Made by a program: the position numbers and the translations under genes. A stretch of DNA of 63,871 nt, the filler included, from Schmidtea nova (lineage: Eukaryota): assembly GCA_044892505.1 (NCBI GenBank). It is 6 parts of 2 records of this genome, joined end to end, with 100 filler letters (N's around TTAATTAATTAA, not from the genome) between each part and the next. Parts side by side here need not be neighbours in the genome. Positions count along the whole stretch, not along the records: positions 15,682 to 34,329 come from CM097882.1; positions 34,430 to 43,418 come from CM097882.1; 4 more parts are not named here. One strand, 5' to 3'. This document shows positions 23,479 through 35,579 of this stretch, one piece after another; within the stretch, counting starts at the first letter, position 1, and every line of letters begins with the position of its first letter. The notes below the pieces were generated by a model. The model was not told where the DNA came from and made no database searches. It saw only the letters and a program-made list of their open reading frames with translations.

Positions 23479-26400
23479 TTAGGAGAATTGAAATTGTTTT
23501 TGTCGTATGATTTATTTGAGGAACGGTTTACAAAAGTGCAGCCTGAAAGGCATTTTTGTGCGTGTATACCGAAGATATTGTGATAGATGCAAATAGGAAT
23601 GATCCTCAAAGTGGGAGGAGGGTTAGGCCATGAACATCCTATATGGCATGTTCTTGCGTCGGATGAGAATTTCCTGTGAAAAAAACAAGTCAGAGGGGGA
23701 AAAGAATTAGGTTTATCGTTTCTTTGGGTGTGTGTAGTTAGCTGAGAGGAGTTGAGTATCGCGTCGACTGTTTTTGTCAGAGAAGATATCTGTTCCTGTA
23801 ATGAAGGGTCGGAAACTGATGTGATGGTAGTTGGTGCGTTTCGGATGGGGGGTCGAGTAACCAACTTATCAGCAATTTTTGCAAGTTGAAAAGGATCATC
23901 GGAATCGACGACGAGGAGTGAGGTCTGCATTTGATGTGGAAGAGCTGTTAAAAATTGATGGCAAAGGAGAGCAGTGTTTTTTGATAAACCGGTGTGGACG
24001 GCCTCGAGTTCGCGTACTAGTTGCGATAAAAAGGATGATGGGGGTTGACCGGCGTATGGGGTGGGTTTTGATAACTTTTCGATCGCTGAAGTGCGCGTGG
24101 GTGAATATTTATTTCTCAGAGAGGTTAAGAATCAAGACTAATCAAAGGTCAAAAGGTTGTACATTATACACGAGCTACTTGGTCGTGATCATGCCGTTCG
24201 CGACAGTAAAAATAAAAAGTAATAAAAAATAATAAAAAGTTAATACATATACATCAATATGAGTCTACATGGACTCACATGCAATAAAAAATAAAAATAG
24301 GTGCCTACAGCGGCTAATTAAAGTTCGATATGAGTCTAAAACGACTCGGATTAAAGTTTTATAAAGTTCAGTTAAATTGTTTACATTCTGGAACTTGACG
24401 AATAGTATTTTATTGATTGTTCTATTGTAAATTGATGATTTGTTTCTTGTTTTCTGAGTCATCTTGGGGATTGTTCCGCTTTGGTTGACATGGTTGACGA
24501 TTCGTTTGATAATAGCGCGGAGCGATTATAAGATGATTGGGTATGCTCCGTATTTTTTCTCAATTCGGTCTTGATTTGGATCATGTAATTCGGGGGTTTC
24601 GGATGTGACCGCTCGTAATTTACCATTAGAAGTTCATCATTTGACTTAGTCCATTCCTAAAAGATATTCAAATTTGATTGATAATGTTTATAGATTTCAT
24701 AGGTTATCTGATTTCTATTCATTGGACGATTTATCAAGGTAAATGTTTCGGAATTGGATTGATCGTAGGTGGGGATTTTGATTCTGGCTTCAAAGATTTG
24801 ATTTTTACTTGGAAATTCGTTTTTAGGGTTCGACAAAATTTTCTGGCTTCTTTTCATTTTTTAGTTTGGCCTTTTATTTCTAAAATTTATCTCTTTTGAT
24901 TATATTGATTGGTCTTTTTTTTACATATACTTTACATTTATTTACATTTTATTCGATTATTTACACAAACGTTTTCTCTGGCTCTCCAATAGTTCAACTT
25001 ACAATTGAAAAATTTTGCGTCAGCAAGCTTTGAATTTGGGAAATCTCTTTCATTTGTTTCAGCTAGTTTTAAGATACACACAGTTTTGATTTTTGTTAAT
25101 TTTTCATTATACAATTTTATCATACTTTTACAATACTATATTTTATACATTATTTACACTTTGTTTCGTTTGTTACACCAATGTCTCCTGAGGGCCGAAA
25201 TATAGGCTTCACATTCCCCCATATAATTCATTTGTGGCTCGATATATATCTGTGTCTATTATTGACGGATTTATCATTGGTGGTAGTTCTTGCATCCACA
25301 TTCCATTGAGTTCTGGTCCATTGCATATCTCATATCCGTCTTCCGTCTTTACTTCTCCTAAACTGATTCCATATTCGAACTTCTCGATGCTTGGCCATTG
25401 TCTCTTTCTTTTCGGTTTTCTTTTACATCTTCCAGTAATTTTTGCATGTTGTGTAAGAGTCAAAACCAATATTGCGCCTATTATTAAGGCAGTAATCCAT
25501 ATAATTTTTATTGCTGTCTTTGATTCTTCAACTGCTGCTAATATAGTTGTTGGAGATTCCGTTGTCGTTTGTACAATTTATTACAATCAAAATTAAAGGT
25601 CCTAAAGAGGACCGTTATTTCGTTCACAATCAGTTTGCTCAATCTTTTTTTTCCGTTCTGTTTTCTTTTCGGTTTCATTATTTCCTTTCTGTTTTCTAAA
25701 TTATATTTTTCTAAATAACTTTTTACAATCATAAATTGTGGCCCTGAAGAGGGCCGATTGTACATTCACATATCTTTTTTTTTGTTTGATTTTTTTTTCA
25801 ATTTATTATTGTCATCATCATCATCATAATCATCATTGTCATCATCATTGTCATCATCATTGTCATCATCATCCGAAATAATCCCGAGCCGTAGAATCGT
25901 AAAAATCATACTGATCATCATCTGCTGGGATTTGATGTTGCTGTTCTTGCTGTTGCTGTTGTTGTTGTTGTTGTTGCAACTGTTCATCACCTACAAATAT
26001 AGCGGTGTCACCCCCCATATCATGCCCATACGCGAGACTTTTATTTTTGTCAATCCAGTTCCTCTTATCATCCCTACAAGACAAGGCCCTCTTATTACTT
26101 TTTACACTAAAAACTTGGTGGTTTTTTGATGTAATGCGGAATTGGGGGACATTATATATCTTATCGTTTAGGTAACAGTCAAGATAAGACTGGTGTGTAA
26201 GACCAGCATCTTTCAAGCAGATCCCCTTAGCTTTCACGCAGGCCGCGTCTCCCATCAAGCTATAACACTTAGGTCTCAAGAAAACCCACTCATCATACAG
26301 TAGACCCTTGTTCTCATCCTTAAATTTACCTATCACAGAACCAAGGCTCCTACTATACAATGCATGATGAGTGTCATAATTAGATGTGTCCAAAAGCCTA

Positions 26401-26950
26401 TCTCTAATTATGGCAGATAAAAGAGTGTTCAGATCAAGATTTTTTATTTCCAAGAAGAAGGAACCAGTATCCCCAGCAACGATGTTAATTTCGCAGTTGA
26501 AGTTGTTACGATATTTTTGTAACTCTTCATACTGCAGCTGGTACATACGGAGTTTGGATAAATCCAGTACGGTTTGTCCGATGTAGCTGGGTCTATCCAA
26601 ACATACTGATTCCTTCTGAAGCAATACGGAGATGAGATCACTATCTATTTTATTAGTTTTTTTTAAAATTAGGTTTAGATGTGTAAGTCAGCAGTTTTTG
26701 TGCCGAATTACACAATCTTAAGTTTATTCTTTTTTTGTAAGTTCTCTACGGTTTTGCCGTAGAGACTATTATTTAATAGTTTATAAAAATTTTTATCGAG
26801 CTTGTTTGTTGCAGCTGCTCGTAAATTAGTATTTATATTAATATAGTTATAAAATATATTACTTTGTGTAAATTTAATAGCGCGATGGGCGACGGTCAGG
26901 AATCCGGGCTATTTTAATTAATTTAAAATAAATATTTAATTGATTTAAAA

Positions 26951-29718
26951 CAGGCCTGGCCAACCCAAATCGCTCTGCGGGCCAACTTTTTTATCCAAAA
27001 TTTTATGCGGGCTATATAATATACGAAAACCCCAATTTTTATTGAAATATTTGTTTGAATTATTTCAGTACATAGATTTATTTGAACCATTCCAAGAAAA
27101 ACATCTATTTTTATATTTACACTAGATTTTTTTTATTGTTTCAAGAACATTTTTATTGAACCATTTATTTTTATTATTTCACTACACTTAAGTATAATAT
27201 TTATTAATGAGATGTTTGCTTTTTTTTGCGATCGCTCAATGCTTTTAAATCTACATCAATTTGGGTAGTTGCACATCGTAATTGGCTTTCAAGGTTTTCG
27301 TCTGTTAATGAAGCGCGAAATTTACTTTTGGTAAATTTCATTTTTGAAAAAAAGGCTTCACAAACATATGTAGATCCGAAGGCGCTTACAATTTTTTGAG
27401 CGATTAATCTTAAGTTAGGATACCTTTCTGCTGTTATATACGTTTTGTAGAATTCGATTTTTTATGTCGTCTTATGAACCTGCTTCAACTCATTGTTACA
27501 CTGCAAATTAATTATTTCCATCTGTAAAGCTTCTGGAACAGTGAAAGCGTCAACTTGAAATGGTGAAGAAAATATCTCAAACGTTTTGTCATATTTTGTA
27601 AGTTCTGAGAAACGACGAGTAAATGCAGCTGAAAGTTTTATAATTTCATCAGCGTACTTTGCAAAATTAATAGCTTGACTGCTATTAAATTCTTTTAATA
27701 ACGGAAAATGGTGAAGATTGTTATTTCGAAGTTGGGACTCAAATAAAATTAGCTTGGTTTGGAATGCTTTGATATGATTACAAGCATCAATAATTAAATT
27801 ATCTTGCCCCTGTAACTCCTTGTTTAGCTGGTTAATTTTTTTGGTTATATCTACTAAAAAACACAGGTCCAACAACCACATATTGTCATTTAAATTTGAA
27901 ACTGGAGTTCCCTCTTCAGCCATAAAATTTTCTATTTCCACCCGTAATTCAAAAAATCTTTTTAAACATGTTCCGCGACTCAACCATCTAACTTTGGTAA
28001 AATAGACAATATCGCCGTATTCCGAACTTAATTCGTCAAGGTATGCTCTGAACTTGCGATGCTGAAGCGCATGTGATCGAATATAGCTAACTGTTTTTAT
28101 TACCACATCCATGACATGGTTCATGGACAATACCTGGGCACATAAATTTTGCTGATGTATCAAACAGTGTATTACAAATATTTCACTGGGTTTAACAGAT
28201 GTAGCTTCAAGTTCATCCATAAACAACTTTACGGTTCCTTTATTTTTACCAATCATAGCAGGCGCACCATCCGTTGTTAGTCCAGAAAGCTTCTCTAAAT
28301 GTAAAGAATTACAGGATAAACATTTTTTATAGCGTGGAAAACATCCTCTCCTCTAGTGGTGTCTTTCAAATTTAAAAGATTTAACATTTCTTGTGTCACT
28401 CCGAAAGAATCGTTAACTCCACGAATAAATACAGCAAGTTGTGATGTATCTGAAATATATGTACATTCGTCGAAAGCTAGAGAATATGCTTTGAATTGTT
28501 GAATCCGCTCTCGTAAAGTCACCACTATTTCATCCGAAATATCATTAATGCGACGACAAATAGTTTGACGCGACAAACTTATGCACGAAATCATTTTATG
28601 TTTATCTGGCATAACATCTTCTATAACAGCTGCCAAACATTCTTTTACAAATTCTCCGTCCGAAAATGGTTTCATTTTCTTAGCGATTAACATTGCGACA
28701 GAGTAGCTTGCTTTAACAATATTAGAAGGTAGTTGTAATGAAGAACTAAACATTTTCTGCTGAGATTTTTATTCGGATTTTAGCTCGGCCAATTTAATTT
28801 TTCTCAATTCACTATTAAATTTCACATACACGTCGTGTTTCGTTTCATGATGTCTTTTAACATTGTATTCCTTAAAAACAGCTATTGTATTTCGGCAAAT
28901 CAAACATGTTAATTTTGAGTTCTGCATTATAAAGAAATAATTTTCTTCCCAATGACCGCTGTATTTTCTGTTTTCTTCTGAAACTCTTCTTTTTTTTGAA
29001 TTCATTCTAAAGGCCATGTATAATTATTCAAAATAAGTGCATTTACTGTTACTTACTTATTTATTTAATTTTTCTGGTATAGAAATATAATTAATTAGAT
29101 TTTTTTTTTTACTTTTTTTTGTGTTATATAATTTGATATTGTTTATCACTTAAAAATACGCCACTTCATATCTTAACAAAAACAAAGCCAAACTAAAAAA
29201 GTTTTTCAATAATTGTCGCCATCTTTAGTTATATTTTTCTGGCAAAGCCTACTATATAAATATTTTTGAATTACTCGTTTAAATTTTTTACTTATGAATA
29301 AATATATATGCACGGAAAACGGATTTTTCTGCCAACTGAGAAAACGGATTTTTTCCAAAAAAGTATACTGTGTGTCCATTTCATTACATAAAACAAAAAT
29401 GTTTACAACAATTTTATTACACGTAAAAATATGCAATCAAATAAAAACGAATGAAGATTATGAATATAAACTTTTCACAAAACAAAAATTATAATGAGAC
29501 GGACTAAAAAACATAACAAAAACTTTTTAATATTGAATTTTGTAGTCAATTTTTTTCTAAAAAGTCTGTATTTAATAATTTGGGTAGATTTTGTAATATA
29601 TTTATTTTTTTATAGATTCTGTAAAAAAATTTTACCGCGAATAATAATCATGCCACGGGCCGCAAAATATACACAAAGGGCCGCATGCGGCCCGCGGGCC
29701 GCGGGTTGGCCACGCCTG
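26951..29718 (-). mobile_element. hAT transposon (SPIN/GTF2IRD2-like)
   Basis: 16-bp TIRs CAGGC(C/G)TGGCCAACCC; perfect 8-bp TSD ATTTAAAA at 26943-26950 and 29719-29726; GC-rich GCGGGCC subterminal repeats. Confidence 0.93.
27204..29017 (-). pseudogene. SPIN/GTF2IRD2-type hAT transposase with frameshifts
   Basis: CLIC...NVKRHHETKH BED-like finger, KPFSDGEFVKECL, AFDECT..SDTSQLAVFIRGV, TTDGAP, HCLIHQQNL, VRWLSRG, FGSTYVCEAFFS dimerisation motif, spread over four frames. Confidence 0.9.
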
Positions 29719-29768
29719 ATTTAAAATAAATATTTAATTAATAATAAAATAATAACCATTTAAATATT

Positions 29769-30677
29769 TTAATTCGAAACCAAATTCAAAAAAATATCGA
29801 AAATATTTCCATCCGCCAAATTTTCCCTTGAAAGCCACATTCTAAAGGCTATGTAATTCATCTTGTTGCTAAATGACAGCCCTCGTTTTTTTCTCAAGTC
29901 CGTTTTTAAATTTCCCCAATGTCCTTCAATAAGATTTGTATTTACTCCGGTCACAGGATCTACATAATATAAATTATGATTAATTGAAAGATGAATATAA
30001 TTTTGATCGGGCAAATGCGCCAGATTGAATCTCGGTCCCCAGTATCCAGACCATTGATCACTGACTATAACAGTTCCAGGTTTAATAAAGCGCGTTATTA
30101 ATCTCGTAAGTGTTCTTCTATTTCTTTTTTTTACAACAACTCCAAACCATTTATTTGTGCCCCTTTCCTTTCCCCCAAAAAGCCAAACCGCTGGTTGAAT
30201 TCGACCTTTATTGTACTTTCGTTTTTTAGAAATTAATGTTTCATCAATCTCCACTGTACAGCCAATTCCTCCAATCATTTTTTCCTCATCCGTAAGTCTT
30301 TCTCCGGCCATTTTAATAACAGAGTGGAATCTTTTATTCCACTCTGCCATTGTATCTTTTGAGATGCCTAACATTATTTCAATTCGATTTGACGGAATAT
30401 CTAAGAGCCACATATATACCAACAAAGAAAATGTTTTAAGTGGCAAATTCGAATTATATAGTATAGAACCAGTTCTTATTGAAATTGACCGGCATTGTTT
30501 GACGCACTTGTAAACATATTCGTCCTTTAAATCATTTCTTTTTACGAGATTTGTCGGACGGCCGCAAGTACAAACAATGTTTTGCTTTAAAACTTGTTTT
30601 CTGATTAAAAACAATATTGATTCTTTGCTATCGCTCATTACTTCTATAATTTCAAATATGTTCATGTTCATGTTCAT
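29769..30677 (-). CDS. Merlin/ISXO2-like DDE transposase, intact 302-aa ORF
   Basis: N-terminal Cys finger, VEIDETL, WLFGG, IVSDQWSGY, INH...GVNTNLIEGHWG. Confidence 0.9.
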   Translation of the reverse strand: MNMNMNIFEIIEVMSDSKESILFLIRKQVLKQNIVCTCGRPTNLVKRNDLKDEYVYKCVKQCRSISIRTGSILYNSNLPLKTFSLLVYMWLLDIPSNRIEIMLGISKDTMAEWNKRFHSVIKMAGERLTDEEKMIGGIGCTVEIDETLISKKRKYNKGRIQPAVWLFGGKERGTNKWFGVVVKKRNRRTLTRLITRFIKPGTVIVSDQWSGYWGPRFNLAHLPDQNYIHLSINHNLYYVDPVTGVNTNLIEGHWGNLKTDLRKKRGLSFSNKMNYIAFRMWLSRENLADGNIFDIFLNLVSN

Positions 30678-33600
30678 AATTAGGCTAATTATTTTAGAAT
30701 TTTATTATTTTAAATCAATTAAATATTTATTTTAAATTAATTAAAATAATCCGGATTCCTGACCGTCGCCGCGCGATGTATGTGCGTTACTTTCACACCA
30801 ATTTTAATAAATAGTTGCAGAAGCCGCCAATGAAGAACGCGTTAGCAACAGCTTCTCAACCTTGGATCCCGGTGCACACATCTTTTCAGCGGCAACTGGA
30901 AGATCATCCAGTTTGTCGTGAATTGATGCCGGAATTTCCAAATCCACTTCTATGGTGTAACCATAATGAAGTGTATCTAGATTTTCCGATGTACACTGCA
31001 GCACGATTTCATTTAATAATTGGTCATCAGTGACCCATTCATAATTTCCACATGGCAAGGGTTGGCTTAAGGCCCACCCATACAAATTATTAATATCAAT
31101 ATATAGTAATGCGGTATCCGGGCTCGTTTTGACATAATGTTTATTGACAAACGTTAGTCCGCCACGAATACCGCCCTCGAAAAAGTTATACATCTCCATA
31201 TCGGTGAGGAGCTCGATAGGAAAGGTTAAAGTTAATAAAGCGGAATTCCACGACATGCCGGGAATTCCGAGAAAATTTAAAGGCTCAAGCCTGTTATGAT
31301 TAATGGATTTTATTCTAAATTGCTGAAACTAGTCAGCTAACAAAAAAACGTCTAATTTTAAATAAACCATCATGTAATCGTACAGTGATGTACGTGAGGT
31401 TTCTTGCCATATCATATGGGCAGCAGCATACTCAACAGCAGTTACATCTTTCCATTTTGGAGGTAAAGATAATGTTGATTTTAACACTTCCAAAGAGGTG
31501 GCAGCATTGTAAGGAAAGATACCCTTGGCAGTAACTATAGTGCCGCGAAATTCAGACTGAGTTAATGGTAAGGATCTAAGGGTTTTTACGGCATTACTCA
31601 AGGACTCGCTCACAAATTGGTAGGAGTCAATAAATTTAACAGTGAGGCTATCTATATAAGCGAAAAGGCTTAAAAACCTTTCACTTGTCAATGGAATACA
31701 ACTGATATTCCAAGTGTTGTATTTTGAAAGCCCATATTTTAATATATGATGGAGGTCGTAGCCTTTAAGGTTGTGAAAAATAACAGGCAAAGTGTGTCTT
31801 ATTTGCCGGGACTTGTTACATTCTGAGCAGGCAGCTCCAAGGAAAAGACCGGTGAAATGGTCATGGTCCCTAACTGGTGACACTAAAAGTTTCTTACACA
31901 AATAGCAATTAGTGCTATTATCAAATTCTCGCTGTTGAGTAGCTGTTATTGTCATACGCTTTTTATAATTTTTAAAATAATAGGGAGTCACAATGTATTT
32001 ACTTATCGACTCGATTTCATTTAGGAATTGGTCAATGCAGTCTAAACCTACGAATGACTTATAAATTCGAACTCCGGTAAAATTATTTATAAGAAAGAGA
32101 CCGGCAGCAATGGGAAGATGGTTTTGGAAATATACTGGGTCTTTAGGCAAGATAGCTTCAAAGTCAGCATATATGACAAAAGGTGAAGTAACTGTCTTTT
32201 TCCATTCTGTAAACTCCAGATATTTATTTTTGGGTAATGTATATAGAGTGGTACCCAACTGATTTTTATTACAGAGACCTCTATGACGATTAAAAGCCTC
32301 ATCATTCCTAAAGCCATTCAAACATCGAGGGCACCACTGACTGCAAATACGAACTGGGGTGATTGTGCTATTGCGACAATTTAAAAACCTATTCAAGTCA
32401 GTAATCGCTAAATAATGGTAAGTATCTTTGTTTTGTAACAAAAGTAAATTTATAGGTATTGCCCCAACTATCTTGCTGCGATAAATTATGTCAATAAAAG
32501 GATGTTTCAATACCACATTTTCGTTATTGTCATTATCAGAAATATCTATTTGGGCCTTTTCGTCATAGGTAAGCACATTTATGCTGTAACCGGGATTTTG
32601 TCGTTCGAATTTATTTATATTAGACAGTCTCATAGGCATATCATTCTCATCATATTTTAATTGTGTAAGATTGTAGGAAGTAGATCGATGTCTATATTGG
32701 CGTTCTAAACTATCATACTTTACAATGGCTAAGAAACTATAAAGAAAACAAAAGTTGTCGTTATTATTTACATTTACTAAACAGCTTAAGTTTTTCAAAG
32801 TTGAAGGTGTCTCTTTGAAGCTACTGCCGCTCAGCCTACTTATTTCAGAAAATTTTGTGATAACGAAACTAATATATTCTATTTTGGAGATTGTCCAATT
32901 ACTCCCCTTTTCATTTTTTTGGACAATCTTTTCATTTAAATTAGTGATACCTTCTTCAATAAAGGTATCACTCCACTCTCTGGCAGAATTTGAGATTACA
33001 AAAGATTGCAATTCATCATCCTTCTCAAATTCTACCTTGAGACAAAATTGAATTTTACATGATTTTAGTTTAATTATATATGATTTTAGTTTTTCTAATA
33101 ATATATCCGGCACAGAGACCGTTTTTAATAATCAATTTGACACGTCCATTTTTATAATAAAATGGGTATCGTTCAAGTCTGAATTAACTTCAACAATACC
33201 CATACCAATTTGATTATTAGTATTTATAATATTAATCATTTCATCAAATTCATCATCATTGACAACGATTATTTCATCATCATCATCAATGATGGATATA
33301 ATATCGATATTATTATTTACTTTTATTATAAATATCATCTTCATCATCNNNNNNNNNNNNNNNNNNNNNNNNNNNNNNNNNNNNNNNNNNNNNNNNNNNN
33401 NNNNNNNNNNNNNNNNNNNNNNNNNNNNNNNNNNNNNNNNNNNNNNNNNNNNNNNNNNNNNNNNNNNNNNNNNNNNNNNNNNNNNNNNNNNNNNNNNNNN
33501 NNNNNNNNNNNNNNNNNNNNNNNNNNNNNNNNNNNNNNNNNNNNNNNNNNNNNNNNNNNNNNNNNNNNNNNNNNNNNNNNNNNNNNNNNNNNNNNNNNNN

Positions 33601-33899
33601 NNNNNNNNNNNNNNNNNNNNNNNNNNNNNNNNNNNNNNNNNNNNNNNNNNNNNNNNNNCTGATGTTGATTATTATTTTTTTTAGGAACTGAATCCATTAA
33701 TGTAGTGTTTTTTCTTTTATTTATATTAGATGTATTGATTTTATTATTATTAATATTTTGTAAAGTATTATTTTGTAGATTATTTATAGTATTTTGTAGA
33801 TTATTATTTAGAGTATTTAAATTATTAAGGTTATTATTATTATGTCGAAAATTATTATTTTGCAGATTACTATTTTGTAAAATATTATTATTATTATTA

Positions 33900-33952
<53 letters not shown>

Positions 33953-35579
33953 TAGATTATTTGTATTATTAAGGTTGTTATTATTATGATTAATGGTATT
34001 AATATTAGTAATATATTTTTCATATAAACTGTTAAAAAGGGATTTTTTAGAAGGCATGTATTGTGAAAGGTGTAACCTATGAAAGAGAAAAAATTCACTA
34101 TAAGAGGTCGTTTCAATAATTTTACATTTTGGGCAGAGGAGGGGGGTGACACCATTATATTTATAAGTATAGTACTTTTCCATAATGATATGACAATCAT
34201 TATGGAAACGACTATTACAAAACTTTGATAAATTGAGCCTGAATATTATGAAAAAATGGTTAAATAATAATTATAAATTGTTAAAAAAAAATAATATCAT
34301 CATTAATTTTTCTTCAAAAGTCGTCATTANNNNNNNNNNNNNNNNNNNNNNNNNNNNNNNNNNNNNNNNNNNNTTAATTAATTAANNNNNNNNNNNNNNN
34401 NNNNNNNNNNNNNNNNNNNNNNNNNNNNNAAAAACCCCAAAAATTCGATGACTAAAAATTATAAGTGGAAAGTTTTACTGAATCAATTTAGTTACTAAGG
34501 CCTCAGCAAAATTTTAAAATCAAAATGTTGAAATTCTAATAAATATTCTATTATAAATTTAGAGCAAGATAGACAATAGGATTTGAATATAAATAAAGTT
34601 TACATGAATTTTAAATATTAAAAACAATAATTTAGAAAAAATCACGAGAATAATAAAATTCGAGTCTAAATAGTGAATATTCCAAATATGTTTTTTTTAA
34701 GGAATAATTTATTCCCGAATTGAGTTTGTGATGATATGCTGGAGTACGAGCTTACGAATAAAAATGAATGCGCGAAAATTCCTGTGTGTTTGGATAAGCC
34801 TATGTATGATGATTAATTGGGAAAAATTAATAAATTTTTATTGATGGAACTATTTAGGTCTTCTTTTAAATTGAAATGAATATTTGTAGTTAAATCATGT
34901 GAGAAGCCACAAAATGGGCATTAAACCTTCTATCGGTAGCCCTTGGACCCAGGAGATATTCGGTCAATCATAGTTTCGTATTGACGACGCTCACTGATTG
35001 CGAATACCCACCCATTTGTTGCATTACCAACGTTACATTGTGACGGGCAACAAGATGGTAATTTCAATGTTTTATGTGTTGAGTTGTTGATACGAGCCAT
35101 AGCAACGTCAAGGTCATATTGACGATCAACAACCCAACAATATATTACCAACGTTATACTGTAGTGGGAGTCAAGTTGGTCAAATAATATTTTTATGTGT
35201 TGAGATGTTGATGTGAGCCATAATACCGTCAAGGTCATATTGATGGTCAACGACCCACCAAAATAAAGATTTTGATGGATATTGTCTTATATTATAAATC
35301 AATCTGATCTTACTTAAATAACTTTTAAATAAATATAATTTAAATAAAACATACTTTACAGTTTAATTCAAAATTTCTTAAAAATTTCTTAAATAAATAT
35401 AAGATGGAATTAAAAATTTAAAATCAAATATTTGTTTAACTTACTTATTAACTATTTATTTTAAGGTCTCACTAAATTGCTAAATTTAAATGTAAAAATC
35501 AAATTGTCTTTGTTATAAGTGATTTATATTATTTCTCCTCGCAGTTGTCAACTTATTAAATATACAATGCTACGTAAAA

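Larger units (their letters stand above)
20160..24100 (-). mobile_element. Gypsy/Ty3 element 2; pol open, 5' end (5' LTR and gag start) not found
   Basis: PPT GGCGGGGGCTAT followed by TGTAG at 20177 (putative 3' LTR start); gag remnant 24070-23469; pol as below. Confidence 0.88.
26888..30770 (-). mobile_element. Merlin DNA transposon carrying a nested hAT
   Basis: ~63-bp TIRs starting GGCGACGGTCAGGAATCCGG; perfect 8-bp TSD GCGCGATG at 26880-26887 and 30771-30778. Confidence 0.93.
25869..34060 (-). pseudogene. Polinton/Maverick (adintovirus)-type protein-primed DNA polymerase B, interrupted by Merlin plus hAT
   Basis: Motifs in order: QIGMG, CPRCLNGF..H, ExoI YADFEA, EndoVII-like DHDHFTG...CSECN, ExoII FHNLKGYD, FIDSYQF, KGIFPY, ExoIII YLKLDVFLLAD, GGIRGG, motif A YIDINNLYG, motif B KLLNNSLYGKT (~26751-26783, outside the ORF track), motif C GDTGS, KFKDE, LRPKCY, KAKGI. 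In-frame stops at 33132 and 31329, plus frameshifts. The N-terminal Asn-rich part crosses an N gap. Confidence 0.9.

Noticed and set aside
26461-26475. DTGS in pPolB motif C as a novel catalytic variant
   Set aside because: A single A-to-G change from DTDS in a gene that already has stops and frameshifts; best explained as decay.
18476-35250. The inverted ~600-bp repeats at 18.5-19.1 kb and 34.6-35.2 kb as Polinton TIRs around pPolB
   Set aside because: The right copy lies beyond an artificial scaffold linker (34374), the copies are clearly diverged and differ in structure, and neither has AG/AGT-repeat termini.
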